Virus record (IMG/VR): IMGVR_UViG_3300008017_000012
DNA: 64,000 nucleotides
Direction: 5' to 3' (one strand)
From: a virus
Below, piece after piece: positions 8,495 through 17,873 of the stretch (positions are counted from its first letter, which is position 1; each line of letters begins with the position of its first letter). A program made the translations under genes and the position numbers. The notes beneath the pieces are model-generated. The model searched no databases. It was given only the letters and a program-made list of their open reading frames with translations, and was not told the DNA's origin.

Positions 8495-8528
8495 GTTTGG
8501 TTGAACGGTATTTTACTAATCAGAAATT
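8441..8528 (+). ncRNA. Putative 3' part of the TnpB omega/reRNA and its flanking guide
   Basis: Hairpin AAGGAA(8441-8446)/TTCCTT(8454-8459); alternative pairing of TACCGTTC(8449-8456) with GAACGGTA(8503-8510) at the element end. Confidence 0.45.
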
Positions 8529-8820
8529 AAATAGTATCAGATTTTGGTGAACCACTAACAATTGTTGCTATCATAGGGCCAATAACAGAATCCCCAACTC
8601 TACCAACACCTCTTCCTTCTATAGTAGAAACAGAGCTACCAGAAGCAACAACACCAGTATGGCCACAACTAAAAGTCACAATATCACCAACTCTGACCCC
8701 TGGTTTATCATCAATAAAAACAACATTAGAGCCACTTGATATAACACCAGTAACAGAAATAGGTTTATCATGTGCTCTACAAATACCAGTTGCAATATCA
8801 CCTACTCTTGCTAATTGCAT
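8527..8820 (-). CDS. PAAR-domain spike tip protein (gp5.4-like)
   Basis: LARVGD, GVRVGD...CGH and VGRVGD repeats; 97 aa. Confidence 0.88.
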   Translation of the reverse strand: MQLARVGDIATGICRAHDKPISVTGVISSGSNVVFIDDKPGVRVGDIVTFSCGHTGVVASGSSVSTIEGRGVGRVGDSVIGPMIATIVSGSPKSDTI

Positions 8821-8832
8821 ATTAAAATTTCA

Positions 8833-9537
8833 TTAAAGCAAAGGAATTTGAGGGAAGAGAATATTAAAATCATTATTCATACCTCTATCAATAATAAATT
8901 CTTCTAATTTCATATCATCAAGCAAATAATCTTTTGTAGATTTAAAAATATCTTTAGTTTTAGATGAGCGAAAAAGTTGAAAGAGGACTTTATCAGAAAT
9001 TGCATTTTGAACAGAATCGGGTAAATTTTTCCAAGAATCTAATTCAGCAATAGCATGAGCAGGTATATCAATTTCGATAATATTAAATTCAGGTGTTTTT
9101 TCTATAGTAACAGAATAATTAGGTGGATCAAAAGGAGCAGGGCCACCAGATGCATCTTCATTAATTAATTCTGTAGCAATAAAAGGTAATACAGTAATTA
9201 TCTCATTAGAAGTTGGTAATTCATATATTGGTGTAAGATTTAATAAAGAATTATTAGTACAAATATCAACTGGATCAATATTATTTTCGACAAAAATTGT
9301 TGAATATTTTAGTGAACAATAAGAATATAAAGTTGTTAATTGTGATTTAATAACATCAGAAGTTATTAAATTATTATATGAGATTGCATTTATCCAATCT
9401 TCAATATTTGTTCCTGTTTCATCAGAGACAAGATAGCCTTGAGATTCTAAATCAGCAATGAAAGAAGATTTTTCAACATTCATTGCTGAAATAATATCAG
9501 ATTTCCAAATTACTAAATTTTCTTCAGTTAAAATCAT
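8833..9537 (-). CDS. Hypothetical protein, 234 aa
   Basis: Long acidic ORF co-oriented with PAAR. Confidence 0.55.
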   Translation of the reverse strand: MILTEENLVIWKSDIISAMNVEKSSFIADLESQGYLVSDETGTNIEDWINAISYNNLITSDVIKSQLTTLYSYCSLKYSTIFVENNIDPVDICTNNSLLNLTPIYELPTSNEIITVLPFIATELINEDASGGPAPFDPPNYSVTIEKTPEFNIIEIDIPAHAIAELDSWKNLPDSVQNAISDKVLFQLFRSSKTKDIFKSTKDYLLDDMKLEEFIIDRGMNNDFNILFPQIPLL

Positions 9538-9700
9538 TTTTATTTACGAGGTTTTTGTTTTAAAAAAGTAGGGCACAATGCCATTTTATTACTATCTTCA
9601 TATTTACATTTATTGCCATGGAAAGAAGATTTAATACATTCAGCACAAATTGTTACATTTTTAGATTCTTCCATTTTTACATTCCTTTTCTTAGTTAAAT

Positions 9701-9916
9701 TTATTTTCCAAAATTTTTATAACTTGCATAAAGATCCCAGAATCCATAAAAATCCATATTTTCAATTCTTAACCCTTGAAACATTTTCTTTGCTTTATTT
9801 AATAGTCTTTTATATTTTACAGGGTATTTTTCATCATCAAGCAATTCAATTTCATCTAATAAATCACACAATTGAACAGTTAACATAGTTTTTGGTTTAT
9901 CACCAGATATATTCAT
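9701..9916 (-). CDS. Hypothetical protein, 71 aa
   Basis: ORF with GGAG SD in a minus-strand gene run. Confidence 0.5.
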   Translation of the reverse strand: MNISGDKPKTMLTVQLCDLLDEIELLDDEKYPVKYKRLLNKAKKMFQGLRIENMDFYGFWDLYASYKNFGK

Positions 9917-9926
9917 TTAAATACTC

Positions 9927-10526
9927 CTAAAACAATCCTATAAAAATACTATCTGTTATGTCATATTTTGTTTCTATATTATATTTATTATAGGTTATAT
10001 AGTCAATTATTTTATTTTGAATTTCTTTATTTAATTTTAACCAAGTTTTTTCTTTAATAGAAGCATCAAGTTCAAGATTTTTATTAAAAAGTAATATTTC
10101 TTTACGATTGTTACCTTTTTCCCCTTGTGAACTTTTCTTTAATAATTTTAATCTTTTCTTTGCTTCAGCTAATTCTTTTCTTTCATATTTATTAAATAAA
10201 GGATTTCTCCAAGTTAAAACAGGTATAATTTCTAATTTTGAATTAGGAAATTCTTGAACAATTTTACAACGAAGATACCAGAATTGACCAGTAATAATAT
10301 CTTTTGCTCCTGATATTGAATTAAAAGAAAGTCCTTCTATTCTAATAAAATCTGGATTTTCATTTTTTTCTTTTATCCAATTAATGATTTTATTACAATT
10401 ATCTAATATAAGGTCTTCATCTTTAGCAGTTTTATTTTTAATAACAGAAAAATCAATTAAAGTATTTTTTACAACATAAGAAATACCAGTTGATCTTAAA
10501 GATAAATCAATAGCAATAATTTTCAT
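9927..10526 (-). CDS. RuvC-like Holliday junction resolvase
   Basis: IIAIDLSLRSTG, IRIEG and DITDSIFIG acidic catalytic motifs; late promoter upstream (TATTTATA on + at 10548-10555). Confidence 0.8.
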   Translation of the reverse strand: MKIIAIDLSLRSTGISYVVKNTLIDFSVIKNKTAKDEDLILDNCNKIINWIKEKNENPDFIRIEGLSFNSISGAKDIITGQFWYLRCKIVQEFPNSKLEIIPVLTWRNPLFNKYERKELAEAKKRLKLLKKSSQGEKGNNRKEILLFNKNLELDASIKEKTWLKLNKEIQNKIIDYITYNKYNIETKYDITDSIFIGLF

Positions 10527-10579
10527 AATAGTAAATTCCTTTAAATATATTTATAAAAGAATTTACTCTAATATGAAAA

Positions 10580-10831
10580 TTATTTTGTACAACAACCTTC
10601 ACAACAAAATGTATCACAAATCCATTCAGGCATTTCATCATTTTTAAAACGTTCAATTACTTCAATAGTATCACCTCTTGCTAACCAAGATCTGAATGTT
10701 TTAATTTTATCGTGATTATTCCAATTTACATCATCCCATGCGGAAGCTGAAATTTTTCCACATTTTCTTTTAGCAACATACACAAAACCTAAACTTGTAC
10801 TCATTGTACTAATCTCCTTCAATATCAACAA
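10580..10831 (-). CDS. Hypothetical Cys-rich protein
   Basis: C-terminal CDTFCCEGCC; the start may be Met at 10804. Confidence 0.45.
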   Translation of the reverse strand: MLILKEISTMSTSLGFVYVAKRKCGKISASAWDDVNWNNHDKIKTFRSWLARGDTIEVIERFKNDEMPEWICDTFCCEGCCTK

Positions 10832-10842
10832 ACTCGATAAAC

Positions 10843-11472
10843 TTAATTTTTTAAGAATTCAAATAATTTTTGTTTAACCTCAGAGTAATTTGTAGCATAT
10901 TTTGTTAGATTCTCATTATAGTTTTCATTATCAGTAAAATGAGAATATTTTTCAATTTTACTCCAAGCATTTTTACCATTAAAATCAAAAATAATACCTA
11001 AACCTTTATTTTCAATATTATGTTTCAAAATATGTAATGGATAATCATCTATTAAAATTGCATTTTTTGTTAATTTAAATTTTTCATTTAATTCTGAATA
11101 GAAATTAATTTTTAAATCAATAGGGACTCTATCAGTTAGCCATTTTCTTTTTGCAAATTCAGTTTTTTTTGACCAAGAATGAGTTAAGATTTCAACATCA
11201 TAATTAATATATAACCATAAAATAAATTCTAAAAAACCTGGATATTCTTTTACAGATGAATAGCATTGTAAAGGGTCTTTAGTAAAATAATCTTTAACAT
11301 TATTACCAAATTTATCAAACATCCAATTATAATCAGTAATATCTTCAACAGAATAAAGAGTATTTGTATAATTATTATCAACAAGCCATTGCATCCAAGG
11401 TGACATAAAATCACAAATTGTTGAATCCATATCTAAATAGAGTTTTTTATTTGTCATTTTTAACCTTTTCAA
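10843..11472 (-). CDS. 5'(3')-deoxyribonucleotidase (HAD family)
   Basis: LYLDMDSTICDF (DxD), ILTH, AKRKWL, ILIDD motifs. Confidence 0.85.
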   Translation of the reverse strand: MKRLKMTNKKLYLDMDSTICDFMSPWMQWLVDNNYTNTLYSVEDITDYNWMFDKFGNNVKDYFTKDPLQCYSSVKEYPGFLEFILWLYINYDVEILTHSWSKKTEFAKRKWLTDRVPIDLKINFYSELNEKFKLTKNAILIDDYPLHILKHNIENKGLGIIFDFNGKNAWSKIEKYSHFTDNENYNENLTKYATNYSEVKQKLFEFLKN

Positions 11473-11725
11473 TTTTTGTTACATTAGCAACAATAAATGA
11501 ACGAATTCCTTTTGCCTCAATATCCCAAACAACTAAATTATTTTCTGATTCTTTTCTTTGTGGTTTTTCATTAATAGTTTTTTTAGGTAATGTAGATTTA
11601 TTTTCAAAATATTTTGGTAGTAATGTACATTTCATCCTTCTTGTTTCGCCATTTATTTTTGTGAAAGTTATATTATAAATTCCATATTCTAGTTCTTCTT
11701 TTAGTTCTTTTTTTGTTAAAATCAT
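11447..11725 (-). CDS. WYL_2/DUF2693-like small protein
   Basis: ITFTKINGETRRMKCTL...VVWDIEAKGIRSF pattern; paralog of 50120-50404. Confidence 0.7.
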   Translation of the reverse strand: MILTKKELKEELEYGIYNITFTKINGETRRMKCTLLPKYFENKSTLPKKTINEKPQRKESENNLVVWDIEAKGIRSFIVANVTKIEKVKNDK

Positions 11726-11744
11726 TGTGACTCCTTTTGATATA

Positions 11745-12206
11745 TTAAATTCCTTTAATAATCAATTCTTTTTGGATATGTAATAAATCTTCCCAATTTT
11801 TTTTATTCATAGGTTCATGGTGGAATTTATACCAATCAGGTTTCATCATAATTTTTTGATATATTCTTTCAAATGAAGTCAACATATCTTCTTTATTAGG
11901 TACCCAATCATTAAGATATTTTTTATCATTTATATAAAGAATATCATTATGCTGAATATTGAAATTTCTTTTTTTTAATTCTGTTTTTAATTCTTTGAAT
12001 CTATAATAAATATAATTTAATTTATCATAGAAAAAATAGCCATGGCCTGTATTCAGAATATATTTTTTAGATATTTTTTCTTTTAAAATTCCATTTTTTG
12101 AATTTTTTGATTTTAAAAATGCTTTGGGCAACATTTTAATTTCTCTGTATTCAGCAAATAAATGAACATCTGCTAAAAAGTCAACAGGAATACAATTAAT
12201 TCTCAT
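11745..12206 (-). CDS. denV: Pyrimidine-dimer DNA glycosylase (T4 endonuclease V-like)
   Basis: MRINCIPVDFLADVHLFAEYREI matches T4 DenV MTRINL...LADQHLMAEYREL; LNTGHGYFFYDKL. Confidence 0.85.
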   Translation of the reverse strand: MRINCIPVDFLADVHLFAEYREIKMLPKAFLKSKNSKNGILKEKISKKYILNTGHGYFFYDKLNYIYYRFKELKTELKKRNFNIQHNDILYINDKKYLNDWVPNKEDMLTSFERIYQKIMMKPDWYKFHHEPMNKKNWEDLLHIQKELIIKGI

Positions 12207-12436
12207 GATATAATCCTTTCTATTTTTTAAAAATACATCATATAAAGAATTATGTCAAGAAAAATAAAATTAATAATCTTCATAGTCTTCACAATTAAAA
12301 TTATCAATTAAATCTTCAATATTTTTAAAATCATCTTCAGAATTGTAATTTTTATAAAGATCACTATAATCTTTATGCAAAATAAAATCATAAGCATCTT
12401 CTAAATAATCATTCATAATATCACCTTTTTTGTTAG

Positions 12437-12516
12437 TTAGTGGGGTAAGATTACCAATACTTACATCTTTCTACAATAAGTAGAATGCTCTTCTATGGTA
12501 TTTAAGCTAACCACTA
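12437..12516 (-). ncRNA. Degenerate tRNA-like cloverleaf (anticodon position TAT)
   Basis: Minus strand: TAGTGGT-TA-GCTT-[13]-GAGC-A-TTCTA-CTTATTG-TAGAA-AGAT-GTAAG-[10]-CTTAC-CCCACTA-A. All four stems pair (acceptor 6/7), but the D and T loops are non-canonical and there is no CCA. Confidence 0.5.
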
Positions 12517-12530
12517 AGAAATATAGTCAT

Positions 12531-13877
12531 TTATTTTTTAAGTATTTTTTTCAATTCCCTTAATTCAGTTAGCCATATATCTTGGATTTTTTTATTTTGG
12601 ATATTAAATAAAAGTTCTTTTTTAATATCAATAATTTTTTTTAATTCATTAAAAGTTTCTATTGAAAGACTATGAATAGGCATATTAATCAAAAAAGAGA
12701 AATCTTCAAAAGAGTCAAAAGGGAAAGCTTTATTATTTTTAATTTGAGTTTCAATTTGAATTTTAGAATTTTTATTAATAATAATTTTATCGGATAAAAT
12801 TTCTTTAATAAAAAAATATTTAGCACCTAAATAGAGAAGTTCTTCTTTTAGTTTTTGAATTTGGTAAAGCTTTCGTTTTTCATAATAAAGAAGTCTAATT
12901 TTAATAAAAGCATCAAGAATTTCAGTATCAGAGGTAAATTCAACAATTTGGTTATTTTCTCCAATACAAGTAAAATTTTCTGTTACTCTTCTAATTAATT
13001 TTAATTTATCTAGAATATAATCATCATCTTTTTTTGTAAATTCCCTAGAAACTTTCAATTCAAATAAAAATGTATTATCTTCACTTTTATCAGTAAAATC
13101 ATTTATAACTTTATCTTCTTCTAATTTTGATAAAATCTTATTATATTTTTCAAGGTCATACCCAACTGGTAATTCTGTAATTGTTATTGTTGTTGTATTT
13201 GTTCGTTCAAAGTTACCTATAATTTCATACGAGAACCCGTCTAATCGCTTAATGGTGCCCTTAAAATCTTTAAAGTGTGGTAGTAGTTCAGTAGGGGTTG
13301 AATGTCTTTTTTTATTAGTTAATTTATCTTCTAAAATATCAATTATTTCTAAAACATTACGTGATAATATTTTTTGAGCAAATCCATTACCAATACCTTC
13401 ATTACCATTAATAAGAATCATAGGAACAATAGGAATATAAAATCTTGGCTCAATAATAGTTCCTTCAAATTCTTGTGAAATTAGAATTGATTTATCTAAA
13501 TCAATAAAAATCTTATCAATAATATTATTTTTTTTTGTAAAAATATATCTTGATGCAGCAGAAGATTGAATTGTTCTTGTGCCAAATGATCCTTCAGGTA
13601 ATAACAAATTTATATTATTACTACCACAAAAATTTTGTGCCATTCCTATGACAACACCTTCAAGAGATGTTGCACCATGTATATATTCATTTTCTCTAGC
13701 TACATCTGATACAAATATAGATACTTTTTCTTCTTTTGTACTTTTACGTTTAGTTATAGAATTTATAACTTTTCTTGCTGATGGCTTTAATCCATCAATA
13801 TAATTCCCTATACTTCGATAAGAATCATATATAGCAAAATTAATATATTCTTTATCATAAAAATCTGAAATTTTCAT
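12531..13877 (-). CDS. DNA topoisomerase II, GyrA/ParC-like subunit (gp52)
   Basis: IDGLKPSARK, YIHGATSL, EGSFGTR, catalytic ASRYIF, NGNEGIGNGFA. Confidence 0.93.
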   Translation of the reverse strand: MKISDFYDKEYINFAIYDSYRSIGNYIDGLKPSARKVINSITKRKSTKEEKVSIFVSDVARENEYIHGATSLEGVVIGMAQNFCGSNNINLLLPEGSFGTRTIQSSAASRYIFTKKNNIIDKIFIDLDKSILISQEFEGTIIEPRFYIPIVPMILINGNEGIGNGFAQKILSRNVLEIIDILEDKLTNKKRHSTPTELLPHFKDFKGTIKRLDGFSYEIIGNFERTNTTTITITELPVGYDLEKYNKILSKLEEDKVINDFTDKSEDNTFLFELKVSREFTKKDDDYILDKLKLIRRVTENFTCIGENNQIVEFTSDTEILDAFIKIRLLYYEKRKLYQIQKLKEELLYLGAKYFFIKEILSDKIIINKNSKIQIETQIKNNKAFPFDSFEDFSFLINMPIHSLSIETFNELKKIIDIKKELLFNIQNKKIQDIWLTELRELKKILKK

Positions 13878-14015
13878 TTAAAATATCCTTTAATACATTT
13901 CATTAGGGGCATAATATTTATCTTATCTATTATGATCAAGAATATATTCTTGATTTTAAAAGTTCACTAGAAAATTTCATTCATTAGTATTTTTTTCTAT
14001 ATTATGAAATAAAAT

Positions 14016-14342
14016 TTACTTTATTTTGAAATCTTTAGATAATTTCTGATATTTAGATATATAATACCAATCTACTTTATCTTGAAACTCACGTATAAAT
14101 TCTTCGGAGAGTTTTTGATAACAGGAAATACGATCCCATTTGACTCTATTAGTAAATTCTCTAATGAAAACTTCTGATAAAGTTTGAAACTTTGAAACAG
14201 AAAGCCATTCTACTTTATCTTGAAACTCACGTATAAATTCTTCGGAGAGTTTCTGATACATACAAATTAAATCCCAATTTACTTTATCGTGATTTTCTCT
14301 AATGAAGTTTTCTGACATAGATGTTTTGTAATTAAATTTCAT
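14016..14342 (-). CDS. Tryptophan-repeat protein (about four 23-aa repeats)
   Basis: Repeated W..IS.YQKLSEEFIREFQDKV unit; near-identical DNA copies 138 bp apart; SD GGAG. Confidence 0.75.
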   Translation of the reverse strand: MKFNYKTSMSENFIRENHDKVNWDLICMYQKLSEEFIREFQDKVEWLSVSKFQTLSEVFIREFTNRVKWDRISCYQKLSEEFIREFQDKVDWYYISKYQKLSKDFKIK

Positions 14343-14391
14343 TTAACTCTCCTTTAGAAAGTATTGTTTCTATCTCGTTAACCACAAATAT

Positions 14392-14420
14392 AGAATACTT
14401 CATTTCTAAAAGATTGTCAA
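14392..14420 (-). promoter_or_regulatory. Sigma70-type early promoter
   Basis: TTGACA-N17-TATTCT upstream of the Trp-repeat gene. Confidence 0.6.
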
Positions 14421-14428
14421 GATATTTT

Positions 14429-16306
14429 TTAAACTCCATTTATATCAAATTGTTTAGATTTTACTTTTTCTTTTCGATAAGTTACAGTTTTCCCACTCAT
14501 CCAATTTTTAATATAATCTTCATAAGAATCTTCAACTTCAAAATCAACAATAAATGATTCTAACCCATCTTTAGCAAAGATATATTTTAACTCATCTTTT
14601 TTCCAAGAGCCTAAACCTTTTTTATAAAAATACTCATAATTTTCTTTATTATTTTCTTTAAAAATATTATATTCTTCAAACGAATAAAAACATTTCAAAA
14701 TTTTATTTCTTTTTTTAGCAACAATCATAGGAGTTTTAAGATACGAGACTTGGTTATTAGCAATTAATGAAGGAGCAAATCTTTGGAACAAACAAAGTAA
14801 TAAGCCTCTAATAGATATACCATCAAGGTCTGAATCTGTTGCAAAAACAATTTTTTGATGTGAAATAGATTGAATATCTTTATCTAAACGAAGGTTAAGA
14901 ATACTGATAATATTTTTTAATTCTTCATTAGATGTTATTTTAGTAATAGAAGCTTCTAAAGAGTTTAAAGGTTTTCCTTTAAGAGGAAAAAAAGAGCATT
15001 TTTCACGACCAATAACAGGCATTAATAATGAATTAGCTGAATCTCCTTCTGATAACATAAGATATGTTTGTTGTTTAACAGCAGGATAATATTTATCAAT
15101 ACGAATTTTTTTCTTAGAAGAATTTAATTTTTTAAGTTCAATATTATCTTTTACTTGTTGTTTGAGTTTATAGGATTCAACAATAGGTAAAATAATTTCT
15201 TCATTTTTACAAATTGATTTTAATAATTTCTCAGAAAGAAGTTCATTAATTAAATCTTTAAAATTGTTATTACTAATAAGTCTTTCTTTTGATTGATTAT
15301 CAAAACTAGGAGCTTTCATTCTAATAGCTAAAATCAAGAAAAGTTTTGATTTAATGTCAAGAGGTTTAACATCTATTTTATGTTTTTTCTTTAAAAAGTT
15401 TCTTAAATAATCAACAATCAAAGATAAAGCATAATCAATATGAGTACCACCCCTTGAGGTATGAGTACCATTAACCCAACTCATTTGCTGAAAATCAGTA
15501 TCAGAATAAAATAATCCAATACGAGCATTTTCAACTTCATTACATTCATATACTTCATGAATTTGTTTCAAAAAACTTTTCAGATTGTTTCCATGAATTT
15601 TTTCTTTGTTATACGTAAATTCAATTTCTGGATAAGCAAAAGCAAGATCTGTAATACGTTTATGATAAAGAGAATCCAAATTGTTATTAACATCATCAGA
15701 AATATTAAAATAATTATAATTTAAAAAATATGTGATAATAGTAAAATTTTTATTGGATTTTTTAATAATTGGTGGTCTTTTAATAGCAATATGGTTTTCA
15801 AGTAATTGTTTGTAATGGAATTTACCATTAGCAGTATCAATAATAAATTTCCTTGAAAAAATAGCTGCAAGTGAGCCACCTACTCCATTCATCCCTGCAA
15901 GCATAGCTTTATTTTCATCATCAAAATTACTTCCAGCATTTAAATTTGTATAAATTTGTTCTGGTGTATATATACCAGTTTCTATATTTTTTTCAATTGG
16001 TAAACCCCTGCCATTATCTTCAATTGTAACTGAACCTTCAGTTTTATTGAATGTTACTTTAATCTTATTTGCATATTGAAAATTAGTTCTAATTGATTCA
16101 TCAACAGCATTGGTCAAAATCTCATCATAAAGTTTTAATATTCCTGGTATTTGTGGTATATCTTTCTGTACAATATATCCATTTTCATAGACATACGATG
16201 AAATTTTTTCTTCACTTGTTGAACCAATATACATTGGTGCTCGTAATAAACAATGTTCCACTGGATTTAATTGTACAATATCATTTTTCCTCAAAGCTTG
16301 ACTCAT
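14429..16306 (-). CDS. DNA topoisomerase II, GyrB/ParE-like subunit (gp39+gp60 fused)
   Basis: GHKL motifs EILTNAVDE, EDNGRGLP, GMNGVGGSLA; TOPRIM SEGDSA, PLKGKPLN, DSDLDG; YKKGLGS. Confidence 0.93.
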   Translation of the reverse strand: MSQALRKNDIVQLNPVEHCLLRAPMYIGSTSEEKISSYVYENGYIVQKDIPQIPGILKLYDEILTNAVDESIRTNFQYANKIKVTFNKTEGSVTIEDNGRGLPIEKNIETGIYTPEQIYTNLNAGSNFDDENKAMLAGMNGVGGSLAAIFSRKFIIDTANGKFHYKQLLENHIAIKRPPIIKKSNKNFTIITYFLNYNYFNISDDVNNNLDSLYHKRITDLAFAYPEIEFTYNKEKIHGNNLKSFLKQIHEVYECNEVENARIGLFYSDTDFQQMSWVNGTHTSRGGTHIDYALSLIVDYLRNFLKKKHKIDVKPLDIKSKLFLILAIRMKAPSFDNQSKERLISNNNFKDLINELLSEKLLKSICKNEEIILPIVESYKLKQQVKDNIELKKLNSSKKKIRIDKYYPAVKQQTYLMLSEGDSANSLLMPVIGREKCSFFPLKGKPLNSLEASITKITSNEELKNIISILNLRLDKDIQSISHQKIVFATDSDLDGISIRGLLLCLFQRFAPSLIANNQVSYLKTPMIVAKKRNKILKCFYSFEEYNIFKENNKENYEYFYKKGLGSWKKDELKYIFAKDGLESFIVDFEVEDSYEDYIKNWMSGKTVTYRKEKVKSKQFDINGV

Positions 16307-16353
16307 AAATTATTCCTTTAAATTATTTCTGCTTTTTAGTTAGTTTTCTATTT

Positions 16354-16382
16354 ATCTTATCTTATAGTTTTTCTTTTGTCAA
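16354..16382 (-). promoter_or_regulatory. Sigma70-type promoter of the topoisomerase genes
   Basis: TTGACA-N17-TAAGAT. Confidence 0.55.
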
Positions 16383-16386
16383 ATAA

Positions 16387-16414
16387 AAAATCCTCTAAAA
16401 TATTAGAGGATTTT
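16387..16414. terminator. Intrinsic terminator hairpin
   Basis: AAAATCCTCTAA-AATA-TTAGAGGATTTT perfect stem with A/T tails. Confidence 0.75.
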
Positions 16415-16442
16415 AATTTTTTAAAAATTTAAAATAAATAAT

Positions 16443-16856
16443 TTAAATCATAGAATAAACATATTGATTATTAGAAAATTGTTCTAAAGGAATTTCTCTT
16501 CTATATCTATGACCATATTTATCTTCAAGAGTAATATTATCAGAATCAGGTAAAAGCTTTTTATCAACTAAAACTGTTTTATTTGATTGTCTGTATACTT
16601 TAACAGTTTTAGTTGAAGAAGGCAGAACAATAAAAGTTTCTATTTTATTTTCTTTTTTTTCAAATATCTTAAGAGTTTTAGAAAAATTACTTTCAGATTT
16701 AGTTTTTTTATAATTCTTCACCATTTTTGTAACTGTACCAACAACAGCTTCCCAATTTTCCCCATATTCATCTTTAGCTTTTTCCCAAAAAATTTCTATT
16801 TGTTTCATGGGAACATTATATTTTTCTGAAAATGATTTTAATAATTTGTTTGGCAT
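16443..16856 (-). CDS. Hypothetical protein, 137 aa
   Basis: Last gene of a late-promoter cluster. Confidence 0.55.
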   Translation of the reverse strand: MPNKLLKSFSEKYNVPMKQIEIFWEKAKDEYGENWEAVVGTVTKMVKNYKKTKSESNFSKTLKIFEKKENKIETFIVLPSSTKTVKVYRQSNKTVLVDKKLLPDSDNITLEDKYGHRYRREIPLEQFSNNQYVYSMI

Positions 16857-16858
16857 TT

Positions 16859-17152
16859 TTATTTATCCCCTATTTTAAATGTTTTTAACCCTTCTTTTGG
16901 GTGTGCTAGAATAAAATTTGAAACAGAAATACCTAATTTAGTTGGAGTAGTTGCTGTATTTATAACTCCAATAACTTTTGATTTAGTTTGTGGTGTTAGA
17001 TTATTAGCTGCATCTAATTTTTGTTTGATGTATTTTTTACCATCTTCAATAGTCATTTTAATAATTTTATCAACATCATCCATATTAAATATAGATTTAC
17101 CTTTAATTTCTTTTTCAAGAATAAGGTTAAAAATTTGTAAAAATCTGCCCAT
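16859..17152 (-). CDS. Hypothetical protein, 97 aa
   Basis: ORF with SD TAGGAG. Confidence 0.55.
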   Translation of the reverse strand: MGRFLQIFNLILEKEIKGKSIFNMDDVDKIIKMTIEDGKKYIKQKLDAANNLTPQTKSKVIGVINTATTPTKLGISVSNFILAHPKEGLKTFKIGDK

Positions 17153-17181
17153 AAAAACTCCTAATAATGATTATTTAAATA

Positions 17182-17871
17182 TTATTCAACTTCAATAATT
17201 TCAAAATTCTTTAAATGATAAAATTTATTTTCACATAAAATAACTTCAACAGTACAATTTTCAAAAACTAAATTTTTTATATTATAACCATATTGTTTTT
17301 CTTCAGCCAAGAGTTCATTTTTACAATGTTCAGTCATTAAGTAATCAATATACTTAATAAACTTAGATGAATAATCATCATAATATGATTCAAGGATTAT
17401 TTTTTTTGTTTTACCAGAATCATTTTTTTGAATATCTTGTTTGCCGTGGGGTAGCATGGTAATAATAACAAATTGATTACCTTTTACTTCTCCTGATTTA
17501 TCTGGTCGATAATCAATAGCAATAGCTTGATTCAAACTTTTTGAGTAAAAAAGATATTCCCCTGGTGAAATATCTTGTTCAAGAGAACTATCAATAATAT
17601 TAGAAAAGAATTTTTTTAATTGTGTAGCAGATAGTTTATTTCTTTCTTCAAATCGTTCATAACCATGTGTTGTTGTAATAAACCATTTCCCTTTATATTC
17701 AAAAATATAATTAAGGGATTTACCTCCTAATTGTTTCCATATAGGTGTATTAATAACTTTTAATCTCGGTTTATTATATACTTCTGGTTCTTTTTTTGTT
17801 TGAACACGTTCAGCAGAACGCATTAAAGATGCTAAACTTGCTTCTTTAATAAATTCTTTAAATGTTTTCAT
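17182..17871 (-). CDS. Putative capsid internal protein (CTS-like N-terminus) with possible RNase-like domain
   Basis: MKTFKEFIKEA resembles the T4 internal-protein targeting signal MKT(F/Y)(K/Q)EF..E; internal THGYERFEER...VIITMLP. Confidence 0.55.
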   Translation of the reverse strand: MKTFKEFIKEASLASLMRSAERVQTKKEPEVYNKPRLKVINTPIWKQLGGKSLNYIFEYKGKWFITTTHGYERFEERNKLSATQLKKFFSNIIDSSLEQDISPGEYLFYSKSLNQAIAIDYRPDKSGEVKGNQFVIITMLPHGKQDIQKNDSGKTKKIILESYYDDYSSKFIKYIDYLMTEHCKNELLAEEKQYGYNIKNLVFENCTVEVILCENKFYHLKNFEIIEVE

Positions 17872-17873
17872 TC

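Larger units (their letters stand above)
6257..8508 (+). mobile_element. IS607-family element (tnpA + tnpB plus two small ORFs); left end uncertain (about 6257-6300)
   Basis: MerR-HTH serine recombinase plus TnpB. TATGAAA direct repeats at 6299-6305 and 6309-6315, inverted CTATGAAA at 8487-8494. Candidate right end ...TTGAACGG at 8508 (IS607 crossover at GG). Confidence 0.75.

Noticed and set aside
12437-12516. Functional canonical tRNA-Ile(UAU)
   Set aside because: It lacks the D-loop GG, TTCRA T-loop, purine 37 and CCA; reported only as a tRNA-like element. No canonical tRNA or rRNA was recognised in the window.
14429-16306. Fused gp39/gp60 topoisomerase as a novelty
   Set aside because: The fused form is the common state; the split in T4 is the exception.
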